From assembly GCA_902526175.1 (NCBI GenBank), contig CABZJY010000005.1, positions 11,711 to 75,710 on the forward strand: a stretch of DNA of 64,000 nt. Direction: 5' to 3'. Under the pieces are notes generated by a model. That model was given only the letters and a program-made list of their open reading frames with translations, had not been told where the DNA came from and ran no database searches. A program made the translations under genes and the position numbers. Source of the DNA: an uncultured Alphaproteobacteria bacterium (GTDB taxonomy: Bacteria; Pseudomonadota; Alphaproteobacteria; Methylaequorales; Methylaequoraceae). Positions 21,367 through 31,449 of this stretch are shown piece by piece; the first letter of the stretch is position 1; every line of letters starts with the position of its first letter.

Positions 21367-22227
21367 CTATGATCTCAATAAATCGTTAATAGAAGTTTTA
21401 GACCTTGTTTTTGCATCAACTGTTTTGACAATAACAGCGCAGGAAAGATTTAAGTCAGATAATTTATTATTATTTGTACTTTTCATTGATCCTGGGACAA
21501 CTACAGAATACGGTGGAACTTCACCATAAAAAATCTCACCACTTTTCCTATCCACTATTTTAGTTGACATACCAATAAAAACTCCCATTGAAATTACACT
21601 ACCTTCACCGACAATTACCCCTTCAGCTATTTCAGATCGTGCTCCAATAAAACAATTATCTTCAATTATGACAGGATTATTTTGAAGCGGTTCAAGAACA
21701 CCACCAATACCGGCACCACCTGAAATATGAACATTCTTTCCTATTTGAGCACAGGAACCTACTGTTGCCCACGTATCAATCATAGAACCAGAATCAACAT
21801 AAGCTCCTAAGTTTACAAAGCTAGGCATCAAAACTACATTCGATGCAATAAAAGCCGAATAACGTACTACTGCTCCGGGAACTGACCTAAATTTTCTTTT
21901 GGTCCATTCGTCTTCATTCCAATTTGAAGTTTTTAGGCTTACCTTATCATACCAACTATAATGCCCTGATAAAGAATTTTGAATTCCACTTTTTATAATA
22001 GAATTATCATAGATTTTAAATGAAAGTAAGATTGCTTTTTTGATCCACTGATGAACAATCCAAACTCCTTCCTTCTTTTCGCAAATTCTAATGGACCCAT
22101 TATCTAAAAGCATGAGTGTTTGGTCTACATATTTTTTTGTTACTGTGGGGAGTTTATTACCATCATTATAATTGTCCCAGCAATTTGAAATTTCTTTTTT
22201 GATTAATTCAATATCAGCATTTTTCAT
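21367..22227 (-). CDS. dapD: Tetrahydrodipicolinate N-succinyltransferase
   Basis: [27 protein letters not shown]. Confidence 0.97.
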   Translation of the reverse strand: MKNADIELIKKEISNCWDNYNDGNKLPTVTKKYVDQTLMLLDNGSIRICEKKEGVWIVHQWIKKAILLSFKIYDNSIIKSGIQNSLSGHYSWYDKVSLKTSNWNEDEWTKRKFRSVPGAVVRYSAFIASNVVLMPSFVNLGAYVDSGSMIDTWATVGSCAQIGKNVHISGGAGIGGVLEPLQNNPVIIEDNCFIGARSEIAEGVIVGEGSVISMGVFIGMSTKIVDRKSGEIFYGEVPPYSVVVPGSMKSTNNNKLSDLNLSCAVIVKTVDAKTRSKTSINDLLRS

Positions 22228-22892
22228 TAGTTAACCTTTGTAAATTTTATAATCATTTTTAATGCTGATTTTATACATTTAAATTCAAAGTCAATATACT
22301 TTTTTTGTTTTTTTGATCTGCGAACATCTAAATCAAAATCAATGTGTACTGTGGTAAAACCTAAATCGTGAGCGGGCTTTAAGTTTTTTTCAATGTCCTC
22401 AAAAAAAACAGTTTGTCTAGGAACTATATTATAACTGTTAATTAGATTTTTATAGGTTTCTATCTTCGGCTTTGGTATATAATTTCCTTTTTTTATATCA
22501 TATATCTCATCGATATTGTCAATAATCCCTAAAGAACGAAGAACTTTTGAAGCGTATTTCTCATCACCATTAGTAAAAACAATTTTTTTTCCTGGTAACA
22601 ATTTTAAATATTGATTAAGTTCATCATTTTTTTTTAATTTCGAAAAATCTATATTGTGCACATAGTCAAGAAATTCATTGGGATCAATATTATGATATTT
22701 CATTAATCCAAATAAAGTTGTTCCGTATTTTTTGTAAAAATATTTTTGAATTTTAAAGGCTTGTTCAATTGGAATTTCAAGTTTTTTTGAAATAAAATCC
22801 TTCATGTTAAAGTCTATCATGTCAAAAATATTTGTTGAAGACGAATAAAGTGTGTTATCTAGGTCAAAAATCCAAAATTTTTTTTTATTTAT
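22227..22892 (-). CDS. Pyrimidine 5'-nucleotidase (HAD family)
   Basis: HAD motif [11 protein letters not shown] lies in frame upstream of the tracked ATG (22820); start placed tentatively at ATA 22892; FTNG, PKP and FFED motifs downstream. Confidence 0.8.
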   Translation of the reverse strand: MNKKKFWIFDLDNTLYSSSTNIFDMIDFNMKDFISKKLEIPIEQAFKIQKYFYKKYGTTLFGLMKYHNIDPNEFLDYVHNIDFSKLKKNDELNQYLKLLPGKKIVFTNGDEKYASKVLRSLGIIDNIDEIYDIKKGNYIPKPKIETYKNLINSYNIVPRQTVFFEDIEKNLKPAHDLGFTTVHIDFDLDVRRSKKQKKYIDFEFKCIKSALKMIIKFTKVN

Positions 22893-22906
22893 AAATAAAT
22901 CAGTGG

Positions 22907-23791
22907 CTATTTTGTAATTAATGTTCCTGCTCCATGTTCCGTAAAAATTTCTAGCAGTATTGCATGAGGAAATGTACCATCCAGAATTACTGCTGCCTTA
23001 ACACCATTTTGAACTGCTTTAACGCACGTTTCTACTTTTGGAATCATGCCACCACTTATGGTTCCATTTGAAATAAGTTTTTTTACATCTTTAATTGATA
23101 TATGAGTTAGTATATTCTTTTTTTTATCCATAACACCTTTTACATCGGTTAGCATTATTAACCTTTCAGAATTTATTTCAGAGGAAATGGATCCTGCTAA
23201 AGTGTCAGCATTTATGTTGAAAGTTTGATAATTTTTACCAAATCCAATCGGAGAAATAACAGGTATAAAGTTAGAATCAAGACACCATTTTAAGAAATCC
23301 TTGTTAATTTTTTCTGGTTCTCCCACAAATCCAAGTTCTTTATTGCCCTTACTCTTTTTATCAATTTTATAGGTTTTTACCAATAAAGCATCCTTTCCTG
23401 AAACACCAATAGCTCTACCACCCTCTTTATTGATCTCCATAACTATTTCCTTGTTTATAGATCCTGACAGTACCATCTCAATTACTTTCATAGCATTTTT
23501 ATCGGTCACTCTTAAACCATCAATAAATTTTGATTTTACATTTAATTGATCAAGCATAATTTCTATTCGCGGACCTCCGCCATGAATTACTATGGGGTTA
23601 ATCCCTACTTGTTTTAACAAGGCTATGTCTTTTGCAAAACTTACCGATAAGTCATTTTTACCCATCGCCGAACCACCAAATTTTATGGTAATGTTCTTAT
23701 TGCTGTATTTTTGCATGTACGGAAGCGCTTTAGATAAAATCGATGCTTGTTCTATCCAATCATGCTCATTAGTTTTTGATATTTTTGTCAA
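22907..23791 (-). CDS. argB: Acetylglutamate kinase
   Basis: IKFGGSAM, IHGGGP, GLRVTD, NINAD, GGMIPK. Confidence 0.96.
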   Translation of the reverse strand: MTKISKTNEHDWIEQASILSKALPYMQKYSNKNITIKFGGSAMGKNDLSVSFAKDIALLKQVGINPIVIHGGGPRIEIMLDQLNVKSKFIDGLRVTDKNAMKVIEMVLSGSINKEIVMEINKEGGRAIGVSGKDALLVKTYKIDKKSKGNKELGFVGEPEKINKDFLKWCLDSNFIPVISPIGFGKNYQTFNINADTLAGSISSEINSERLIMLTDVKGVMDKKKNILTHISIKDVKKLISNGTISGGMIPKVETCVKAVQNGVKAAVILDGTFPHAILLEIFTEHGAGTLITK

Positions 23792-23794
23792 TTT

Positions 23795-24391
23795 CTAGCC
23801 TACAATATTGATAACTTTTTTTTTTAAATCTAAAATACCATTCCCATTTTTACAACTTGTCATAAATATTTTTTTATCTGCTGCTGTAATATTCTTTAAA
23901 AATTTCTCAGTATTATTAATTAATATTTCTAATTCTAAAAATTTAACTTTATCAATTTTGGTAAAAACTACAAAGAAATGATTACCAAATGATTCTAATA
24001 GATCTATTGCTTCTAAGTCTATTTTCATTAGCCCTTGTCTTGAGTCAATTAGCAAAAAAATGCAAAGAAGGTTTCTTCTGCTATCTAGGTAGTTAGTTAT
24101 TACATTACTCCATACTTTTTTATCCTTTTTTGATACTCTGGCAAATCCATAACCAGGAAAATCAACCAGTCTTATTTTATTTGGAACTTCAAAAAAATTT
24201 AAACTTTTTGTTCTTCCTGGTGTTTTTGAGGTTTTTGCAATTTTTGTTTTAGTCAAACTATTAAGCAAACTTGATTTGCCTACATTAGATCTTCCCCAAA
24301 AACCAATCTCATCTATATTATCTTTTGGGTAATCAATTACTTCAAATACTGACTTTAAAAAAAAACAGTTTTTTTCAATAATACATTTCAT
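23795..24391 (-). CDS. engB: Ribosome biogenesis GTPase YihA/EngB
   Basis: GRSNVGKSS, SKTPGRT, DFPGYG, TKID. Confidence 0.95.
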   Translation of the reverse strand: MKCIIEKNCFFLKSVFEVIDYPKDNIDEIGFWGRSNVGKSSLLNSLTKTKIAKTSKTPGRTKSLNFFEVPNKIRLVDFPGYGFARVSKKDKKVWSNVITNYLDSRRNLLCIFLLIDSRQGLMKIDLEAIDLLESFGNHFFVVFTKIDKVKFLELEILINNTEKFLKNITAADKKIFMTSCKNGNGILDLKKKVINIVG

Positions 24392-24397
24392 TTAATT

Positions 24398-26080
24398 TTA
24401 TGAATCAGCAAGTTTTTGTTTTCTAAGAATTAAGCTTTGTTGAGCAATTGATAAAATATTATTAAAAGTCCAATATATGACCATACCAGCTGGAAATGTG
24501 GCAAGAAGAAATGTAAAAATGAATGGTAACATCATAAAAATCTTTGCTTGTATAGGATCAGGAGGGGGAGGGTTCAATTTTTGCTGAAGGTACATTGTCA
24601 AACCCATCAATATAGGCCAAATCCCTATGACAAGAAACCCAGGTGGATCCCATGGGATTAGACCAAATACATTAAAAATACTTGTAGGATCTGGGGCAGA
24701 AAGATCTTTAATCCAACCAAAAAAAGGAGCATGCCTCATTTCTATAGAGACAAAGAGTACTTTATAAAGTGCAAAAAAAATTGGAATCTGTAAAAGTATG
24801 GGTAAACATCCCGCAGCTGGATTTATTTTTTTTTGTTTGTATAAATTAAACATTTCTTGATTCATTCTAGTCTTGTCATCTTTAAACCTTTCCTTTAACC
24901 TTTGAATTTCAGGTGTTAATAATTTCATAGCATTCATAGATTTAAAAGATTTGTTAGCAAGTGGGAATAAAAGAATTCTTACAAATAAAGTTAAGATAAT
25001 TATACCGATTCCAAAATTGCCAAAAAATAACGATAAATAATTAAGTGCATAAAAAAGAGGTTTAGTAAGAAAATAGAACCAGCCAAAATCTACAGATAAA
25101 TCAAAATTTTGGATATTATATTCTTTCATGTATCTATCAATTAAAGGGACCTCTTTTGCACCAACGAATATAAATGAATTAGTAGATATAGTTTCAGTGG
25201 GTTTTAAAGAAAATATTTTTTTATTAATAAAATCTACTTGAATGGAATTTTTTAGATCTTTGATGTTTTTAAAGTTTGATTCAAATTTATTTCCTGCTTC
25301 AGGAAAAATTGAGACTTGCCAATAATGGTCTGTTATCCCTATCCAGCCACTGGAGGCGTTTTCAGTTATAACTTTTTTTTCTTCAATTTCATCATAAGAT
25401 AACTCTCTTAGCTCTTGATTAAATACTCCGATTGGGCCCTCGTGCAAAATAAAAAATTTATTTTCGGGTCTATGATTTTTTCTTTGAATATAAGAATAGT
25501 TTGATAAGTTCAGTGTGTCTTTAGAGAAATTTGTAACGCTATCAGTTATCTTGATTAAATAGTTTTCATCAAAAGCTATTTTTCTTTGGAATGTTATACC
25601 CTGATTATTTTTCCAGAATAATTCTATTAATCCTTTATCAGAAGATTCAACTTCTTTAATCTTCCATAAGGTATTTTTATTTGGTAAATCAATTTTAGTA
25701 GTTGAAGCCCATCCATTTCGAACTAAAAAAGGTGTCTCAGAGTTTTCTTTAAATAATACTCGTACCGGCTCACTATCTTTTTCAACTTTGGTTCTGTAAT
25801 CTTTCAAAATTATGTCATCAAAAGTCGCTCCATATAAATTTATACTTCCTTGAATTCTCCCTAAATCAAAACTTACTCTGTCTTCTTGAACTTTTTCATT
25901 TTTTTCAATAGAAAATTGAGGGTTTGAGATTTTAGGGTCTAAGCCTTCACCAATATTTTCAGCAATGTTAGAGTCTGTCATGGCTTGTTCTCTAATTGGT
26001 TTATTAACAAAAAAATCGAATACAATTAATACTAGAATTGAAAAAGTTACTGCCAAAATTAAATTCTTTTGATTATCCAT
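24398..26080 (-). CDS. yidC: Membrane protein insertase YidC
   Basis: DFGWFYFLTKP, GCLPILLQIPIFFALY, WIKDLSAPDP. Confidence 0.96.
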   Translation of the reverse strand: MDNQKNLILAVTFSILVLIVFDFFVNKPIREQAMTDSNIAENIGEGLDPKISNPQFSIEKNEKVQEDRVSFDLGRIQGSINLYGATFDDIILKDYRTKVEKDSEPVRVLFKENSETPFLVRNGWASTTKIDLPNKNTLWKIKEVESSDKGLIELFWKNNQGITFQRKIAFDENYLIKITDSVTNFSKDTLNLSNYSYIQRKNHRPENKFFILHEGPIGVFNQELRELSYDEIEEKKVITENASSGWIGITDHYWQVSIFPEAGNKFESNFKNIKDLKNSIQVDFINKKIFSLKPTETISTNSFIFVGAKEVPLIDRYMKEYNIQNFDLSVDFGWFYFLTKPLFYALNYLSLFFGNFGIGIIILTLFVRILLFPLANKSFKSMNAMKLLTPEIQRLKERFKDDKTRMNQEMFNLYKQKKINPAAGCLPILLQIPIFFALYKVLFVSIEMRHAPFFGWIKDLSAPDPTSIFNVFGLIPWDPPGFLVIGIWPILMGLTMYLQQKLNPPPPDPIQAKIFMMLPFIFTFLLATFPAGMVIYWTFNNILSIAQQSLILRKQKLADS

Positions 26081-26088
26081 ATTAGTAT

Positions 26089-26415
26089 TTAGATAAATTT
26101 TTTTAATGTTAGAATATCTTTATTAAAACTTGAAAATGATGGACTTAAGTTTCTCTTTGCTATTATTTCAATAATTAAGCTTTTTGGAATTGCTGATTTT
26201 TTATTTGAGATTATGGATTTAATTAAGCGCTTGATATAATTTCTTTTTACAGCATTTCCAATTTTGTTTGAAACAGTTATTCCAACAACTGGAACAAGCA
26301 AGGAGTTATCTATTTTAAAGTTAAAAATGAAGTTTTTCGTTTTAAAACTTGAACAATTTTCTCTAAGCCTCAAAAAATCAGCTCTTTTCTTTAAACTTTT
26401 AAAACCAACTGACAT
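26089..26415 (-). CDS. rnpA: Ribonuclease P protein component
   Basis: GITVSNKIGNAVKRNYIKR motif; lies between rpmH and yidC. Confidence 0.9.
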   Translation of the reverse strand: MSVGFKSLKKRADFLRLRENCSSFKTKNFIFNFKIDNSLLVPVVGITVSNKIGNAVKRNYIKRLIKSIISNKKSAIPKSLIIEIIAKRNLSPSFSSFNKDILTLKKFI

Positions 26416-26549
26416 TATGATGTAAGAACTTTTCTGCCTTTGGCACGCCTTCTTGATAAAACTTTTCTACCTTCGGCTGTAGACATCCTCGATCTGAAAC
26501 CATGTCTTCTTTTTTTTTTAATTTCACTAGGTTGGAATGTTCTTTTCAT
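26415..26549 (-). CDS. rpmH: 50S ribosomal protein L34 (not in ORF track)
   Basis: Manual translation [44 protein letters not shown]; TAATG overlap with rnpA start. Confidence 0.97.
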   Translation of the reverse strand: MKRTFQPSEIKKKRRHGFRSRMSTAEGRKVLSRRRAKGRKVLTS

Positions 26550-26585
26550 CTATCTTAACCTTTATTACTAATAAAATTACTTACT

Positions 26586-28274
26586 CTATTCACCAACTAC
26601 TGAACCGTCTCTTCTAATATCAGCTGCTGCACGATATAAGTTTTTTTCTTTTTTGATTATAGCTATACCACTGATTAAATTTCTTTCAATAACATTTTCA
26701 TAATTAGACTTTATTTTTTCTAGATCGAACATATTTTTCTCAATAAACACTTTACCATCTTTGCTTACAAAATTGCCTTTTTTAATTGAATCAATTGGAG
26801 AAATTTTCATATACAGCACATCAATTATTGATTTAAATACATAAGAAATAATAGCAGTTCCCCCAGGAGAACCGACAGAAAAAAGAAAATTATTTTTTTC
26901 GTCTAAAATTATTAATGGTGACATTGAACTAAGTGGCTTTTTACCTCCTTGTACTCTATTTTTTACTTTTTTTTTGTTTTTAAGAGGCTGAAAATTAAAG
27001 TCAGATAATTGATTGTTTAGTAAAAATCCGTTCGTAAACTGCCTCGACCCAAACGAACTTTCTATACTAGAGGTCATAGATACAACATTACCATAAAAGT
27101 CAACTATAGAAAAATGAGATGTTGAATTAAACTCATTCTTTATGATGTTAACATTTTGTTTTTTAGGAAATATTAAAAACTTTTCAAACTCAGCCAACAA
27201 AAAACTTTTGTTTAAAAGTTTTTTTAAATTTACATCAACAAATCTGCTATCACCTAAATATTCTTTTCTTAAAGAGTATATAAATTCTAAAATTTCAATT
27301 TGTTTTGTAAATTCATCATAATCGCTTTTGAAATTATAATTTTCGTATAGTATTAAAGCTTGGATTATTGCTATATTACCAGAAGATGGCAAATTAGGTC
27401 CGCAAATAGTATTTATTTCTAATTTATAACATAATGCCTTGGATTTTATAGATCTATAATTTGAAAGATCTGTTAACTCCATTAGTCCTGGTCTTCTTGG
27501 ATGATTTTTCACTTTATTTACTATATCGATGGCAATTTCACCGTTATAAAAAATTTTATAGTTTTCAGATATTTTTTTTAAGGTTGAGGCATATTCTAAA
27601 TTTTTAATTTTACTGAAAGGTTCATTTTTTATTTTTGAAAAAAACTCATTATTAATATTTTCACTTAACAAGAATTTTTCTTTCAATATTGCATTTCTGA
27701 GTCGCTGTGGTGGATAAAATCCGTTTTCTGCTAGCTTAATAGCTGGTTTTATTACCTCTTCCCAACTTAAATCTCCATAGTCTTTATGAAATTCAAATAG
27801 TAAATCTAATGTCCCTGGGACACCTACAGATAATCCACCAACAATAGCATCAAAAAAAGGTATGCTTTTTTTTTTTTCATCTAAAAATAAATTTTCTGTA
27901 GCATAAAAAGGAGCTGTTTCCCTTCCGTCATAAGAAATTACAGAGTTATTTGTTTTATCTAAGTAGGTAAGAAAACTTCCACCTCCAATTCCGGAGGATT
28001 GAGGTTCAACGAGTCCTAAAACTAGTTGTAAAGTAACAGTAGCGTCAGCTGCATTTCCACCAGACTTTAAAATATTCCATGCAGCATCAGTTGAATATTT
28101 ATTTGCAGAAACGATTATAGCATCTTTAGCTTCCCCTTCTTTTAGTTCTTGAGATTGTTTTGACAATACCGTTTCCGGCTCAAGTCTGTAATCAGAATTA
28201 TTTTTCTGATCTGAAAGTGCAAAAGAGAAATAAAAAATTAAAAAAAAAAAATAAAAAGTATTTAATCGTTTCAT
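26586..28274 (-). CDS. ggt: Gamma-glutamyltransferase, exported
   Basis: EPQSSGIGGG, DGRETAP, nucleophile Thr in TSHFSIVD, GSPGG; ATG at 28274 with signal peptide preferred over TTG at 28382. Confidence 0.9.
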   Translation of the reverse strand: MKRLNTFYFFFLIFYFSFALSDQKNNSDYRLEPETVLSKQSQELKEGEAKDAIIVSANKYSTDAAWNILKSGGNAADATVTLQLVLGLVEPQSSGIGGGSFLTYLDKTNNSVISYDGRETAPFYATENLFLDEKKKSIPFFDAIVGGLSVGVPGTLDLLFEFHKDYGDLSWEEVIKPAIKLAENGFYPPQRLRNAILKEKFLLSENINNEFFSKIKNEPFSKIKNLEYASTLKKISENYKIFYNGEIAIDIVNKVKNHPRRPGLMELTDLSNYRSIKSKALCYKLEINTICGPNLPSSGNIAIIQALILYENYNFKSDYDEFTKQIEILEFIYSLRKEYLGDSRFVDVNLKKLLNKSFLLAEFEKFLIFPKKQNVNIIKNEFNSTSHFSIVDFYGNVVSMTSSIESSFGSRQFTNGFLLNNQLSDFNFQPLKNKKKVKNRVQGGKKPLSSMSPLIILDEKNNFLFSVGSPGGTAIISYVFKSIIDVLYMKISPIDSIKKGNFVSKDGKVFIEKNMFDLEKIKSNYENVIERNLISGIAIIKKEKNLYRAAADIRRDGSVVGE

Positions 28275-28338
28275 TCTGGGAGTTAGTATTTGTTTTATTA
28301 GATTATATAGATAAAATTTATGAATTAGGAAATATGTT

Positions 28339-29127
28339 TTGAATATAAAGAACAAATTTTTTTTAAACAATCTTTTTAACAAGAAGAAACCTATTGTTTG
28401 CTTAACTGCTTATTGTAAAAATATTGCAAATTTAGTTGATCAATTTGCTGATATAATTTTAGTTGGTGATTCAGTTGGCCCCGTGCTTTATGGTTATAAG
28501 TCAACAAGAGAAGTAAGTCTTGATTTGATGATTAATCATGGAAAAGCAGTGGTAAACAATTCAAAAAATGCCATTGTGATTATTGATATGCCCTATGGTT
28601 CATATGAAAAATCTAAATATTTAGCACTGAAAAATGCCAATTTAATTTTAAAAAAAACAGGAGCATTTGGTGTAAAGCTTGAGGGAGGGATGGAAATTTC
28701 TGAAACAATAAAATATCTTGTTAAAAAAAAAATTAATGTCATGGGACACCTTGGCATGTTGCCACAGAAAATAAAAAAAAATCAGTTTAAAGTTTACGGG
28801 AAAAGTGATGTTGAAAAAAAAAGATTTAAACGTGATGCAATAAGCTTAGTTGACTCTGGTGTTTTTGCAATTGTAATAGAAGCTACTAAGGAGAAATTAG
28901 TAAATGAAATAATTAAAGATATTAACATTCCAACCTTAGGAATAGGAGCATCATCAAATTGCTCAGGCCAGATATTAGTAACAGAAGATATTTTGGGTAT
29001 GACAAATTTTAATGCAAAATTTGTAAAAAAATATATCGATCTCAACAAAAAAATTAAAAGCTCGATTAGAAAATTCTCAATTGATGTAAAATCTAAAAAA
29101 TACCCTCAAAAAAAACATCTCTATTAA
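28339..29127 (+). CDS. panB: 3-methyl-2-oxobutanoate hydroxymethyltransferase
   Basis: LTAY, ILVGDS, DMPYGSY, VKLEGG, GQILV. Confidence 0.95.
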   Translation: MNIKNKFFLNNLFNKKKPIVCLTAYCKNIANLVDQFADIILVGDSVGPVLYGYKSTREVSLDLMINHGKAVVNNSKNAIVIIDMPYGSYEKSKYLALKNANLILKKTGAFGVKLEGGMEISETIKYLVKKKINVMGHLGMLPQKIKKNQFKVYGKSDVEKKRFKRDAISLVDSGVFAIVIEATKEKLVNEIIKDINIPTLGIGASSNCSGQILVTEDILGMTNFNAKFVKKYIDLNKKIKSSIRKFSIDVKSKKYPQKKHLY

Positions 29128-29131
29128 ATAT

Positions 29132-29992
29132 ATGTCCAAAATTCTTCGATCAAAAAAAGAGATAGATCAGTTATTAAAAAGAAAATATAAGTTACATTTT
29201 GTACCTACTATGGGTTTTTTGCATGAGGGTCATTTAAAAATAGTAAATGAAGCTAAAAGAAATACTGAGTCAAAAACTTTAGTTAGTATTTTTATTAATC
29301 CAATACAATTTTCAGAAATATTAGACTTTGATTTATACCCAAAAGATTTAAAAAATGATATTTCAAAATTAAAATTATTAAAAACAGACTTTATTTTTAT
29401 TCCACAGAAAAACTTTATTTCTAACTCAATATCAAAAATTAAAATTGGAAAATTGTCTAAGATGTTATGTGGTGTAGATAGAAAAGAACATTTTGATGGA
29501 GTAGCAACAGTAATTATGAAATTTTTGACACTTTTAAGGCCAGAGTATATTTATCTAGGTGAAAAAGATTTCCAACAAATTTTAGTTATACGCCAACTAA
29601 TAAAAGACTTTTCAATTAATACAAATGTTAGAGTGATTCCAACCGTTAGAGAAAAAGGGGGGCTCGCACTTTCCTCAAGAAATAAAAGATTATCTAAGCA
29701 GCAAAAGAGTCTAGCTCAAAAAATTTATCATGAATTAAACGGAGTAAAATCAAAAATTAATAAAAAAAAATTTCATCTAAGTGAGTTAATTAAAGTAAAA
29801 GAAAGATTATTAAAGCACGGTTTCAAACAAATTAATTATCTAGAAATTAGAAAAGAAAAGGATTTGACTTTAATTGATAAAAATTACGATAGTTGCAGAA
29901 TTTTTATTTCCGCAAATATAGGCGGCGTAAGATTAATTGATAATTTAAGGTTGGGAAAAACTAGAATTATTGGAAAATTTGTCTCTAAATGA
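29132..29992 (+). CDS. panC: Pantoate--beta-alanine ligase
   Basis: FVPTMGFLHEGH, GEKDFQQ, LSSRN, RLIDN. Confidence 0.95.
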   Translation: MSKILRSKKEIDQLLKRKYKLHFVPTMGFLHEGHLKIVNEAKRNTESKTLVSIFINPIQFSEILDFDLYPKDLKNDISKLKLLKTDFIFIPQKNFISNSISKIKIGKLSKMLCGVDRKEHFDGVATVIMKFLTLLRPEYIYLGEKDFQQILVIRQLIKDFSINTNVRVIPTVREKGGLALSSRNKRLSKQQKSLAQKIYHELNGVKSKINKKKFHLSELIKVKERLLKHGFKQINYLEIRKEKDLTLIDKNYDSCRIFISANIGGVRLIDNLRLGKTRIIGKFVSK

Positions 29993-29997
29993 CAAAA

Positions 29998-31140
29998 TTA
30001 GTTTCTTACATAAACATGAACTTCTTCTGCTTGCGCAGTTGAACTATTAGAAGAGCTAAGTAAAAGTCTTTCCGCGGGAACTCCCATTTCAGCAATTTTA
30101 TTTAGTATTTCAGATGCTCTTTCTCTGGCTTTATTTGCAAAGCTTGCTCCACCTGTGGGGCTTACAGCAACAACTTCAAAAGCAGCTGATGGTTTTTGTT
30201 CTAACGCACTTGAAATAGCTTCAAAAAGTCCAGCTGCATAGTCTGTATCTTGGTCATCAAATTTAATCACAACAATTGCGTTATCATAGTTAATTGGAGC
30301 CATTTTAATATCGTTAGACGATTGAGAGTTTTGTTCAAAGGTTGGTGGAGCTGAAACAGTTCCACCAAACTTACCAACTTCAACATCTGCTGCAAGATTT
30401 TTCATATACTCTCTTTCATTGTTTAGGATAGTAATTTCTCTGGTAATTCTATTTCCTAATTCCTGAAGTAAGCGATCATATAACACTTTTGTTCTTTCAA
30501 CATCGTCCCTTAATACTTTTAGTTGATCATGATCCTCATCTATTGCACCTGATATAAAGAAACTTGAAGAAATTGCATTCTTTAAATGACCAATTAATGC
30601 TGAATCTGCAGTAACTCTATTATTTACAATTTGAAGATTATTAACATTATTTTGTATATCTTCAAGAGCCCTTTGAGCGTCGTTCCATTGACCCACTAGT
30701 ATTGGATTTCCTGGAGTTGTGCCAATTTGAAGTCTTGATCTTATTGCACTTGACAATCCCTGATAAATAGTAGTTTGCTCATCTACGAGATCCTTAAATC
30801 TTAAATAATCATTATTGTGAGAGGAAATTGCTGTTTGAATGCTTGACAAATCAGCTCTAAATTGTGAAATTTTTCCTCCTACAAAAGTACCAGTTGGCCC
30901 GGTGTCTACAACATTAGTTGGAGGAGGCGGTGGTGCGTATTGTGAGGGTGGAATTTGTAGATCTTCAGGAATTTGTTCTTCAACAAAAGCTGGAGCTTCT
31001 TCAATAGCTGGTGGTGTTATGATTTCCTCGTCAGAAAGTGAAGGAAAAACATATTCCTGAATAGAAGTACAGGATGTTACCATAAATAAAATCATTGTGT
31101 AGGAAAGTTGTTTGTAGAAATAGTTCATAGGCCTAATCAT
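29998..31140 (-). CDS. Conserved hypothetical lipoprotein (Pro-rich linker, coiled coil, OmpA-like C-terminus)
   Basis: Lipobox VTSC; PPPPP linker; long amphipathic helical middle; C-terminal VVIKF...AIS.AL...P.A.FEVVAV; ATG at 31128 is an alternative start. Confidence 0.6.
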   Translation of the reverse strand: MIRPMNYFYKQLSYTMILFMVTSCTSIQEYVFPSLSDEEIITPPAIEEAPAFVEEQIPEDLQIPPSQYAPPPPPTNVVDTGPTGTFVGGKISQFRADLSSIQTAISSHNNDYLRFKDLVDEQTTIYQGLSSAIRSRLQIGTTPGNPILVGQWNDAQRALEDIQNNVNNLQIVNNRVTADSALIGHLKNAISSSFFISGAIDEDHDQLKVLRDDVERTKVLYDRLLQELGNRITREITILNNEREYMKNLAADVEVGKFGGTVSAPPTFEQNSQSSNDIKMAPINYDNAIVVIKFDDQDTDYAAGLFEAISSALEQKPSAAFEVVAVSPTGGASFANKARERASEILNKIAEMGVPAERLLLSSSNSSTAQAEEVHVYVRN

Positions 31141-31273
31141 TAAATTTTTTTTTTTAACTATAAGATATAGCGCATAAATTTTTTAAAATAAACATAAATT
31201 TGAAATTTACTGTGTTTAAGAATTTTACATACATTATAATTAAATATACAATTACCTTTACTTAGTAAAAAAA

Positions 31274-31350
31274 GCGCTCGTAGCTCAATTGGATAGAGCA
31301 TCTGACTACGAATCAGAAGGTTGGGAGTTCGACTCTCTCCGAGCGCGCCA
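31274..31350 (+). tRNA. tRNA-Arg (anticodon ACG)
   Basis: 77-nt cloverleaf GCGCTCG...CGAGCGC-G-CCA; anticodon arm TCTGA-CTACGAA-TCAGA; T-loop GTTCGAC; CCA encoded. Confidence 0.98.
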
Positions 31351-31361
31351 AAAAATCTTTA

Positions 31362-31408
31362 ATACTACCTGTTGACATATAAGTTCTTTAAATTACTATA
31401 TGTAGTAC
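31362..31408 (+). promoter_or_regulatory. nrdA sigma70 promoter overlapped by tandem NrdR boxes
   Basis: TTGACA (31372-77) N16 TACTAT (31394-99); boxes ATACTACCTGTTGACA and TTACTATATGTAGTAC 31 bp apart resemble acaCwAtATaTwGtgt. Confidence 0.7.
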
Positions 31409-31449
31409 TACTATTTAAGTTACTAACCTAATATTTTGGAAATTAAATA

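Noticed and set aside
28275-28382. Long N-terminal extension of ggt overlapping panB
   Set aside because: ORF-caller artefact from an upstream TTG; ATG at 28274 gives a normal signal peptide. The same reasoning was applied to apaG, pqqD, argF and xoxF
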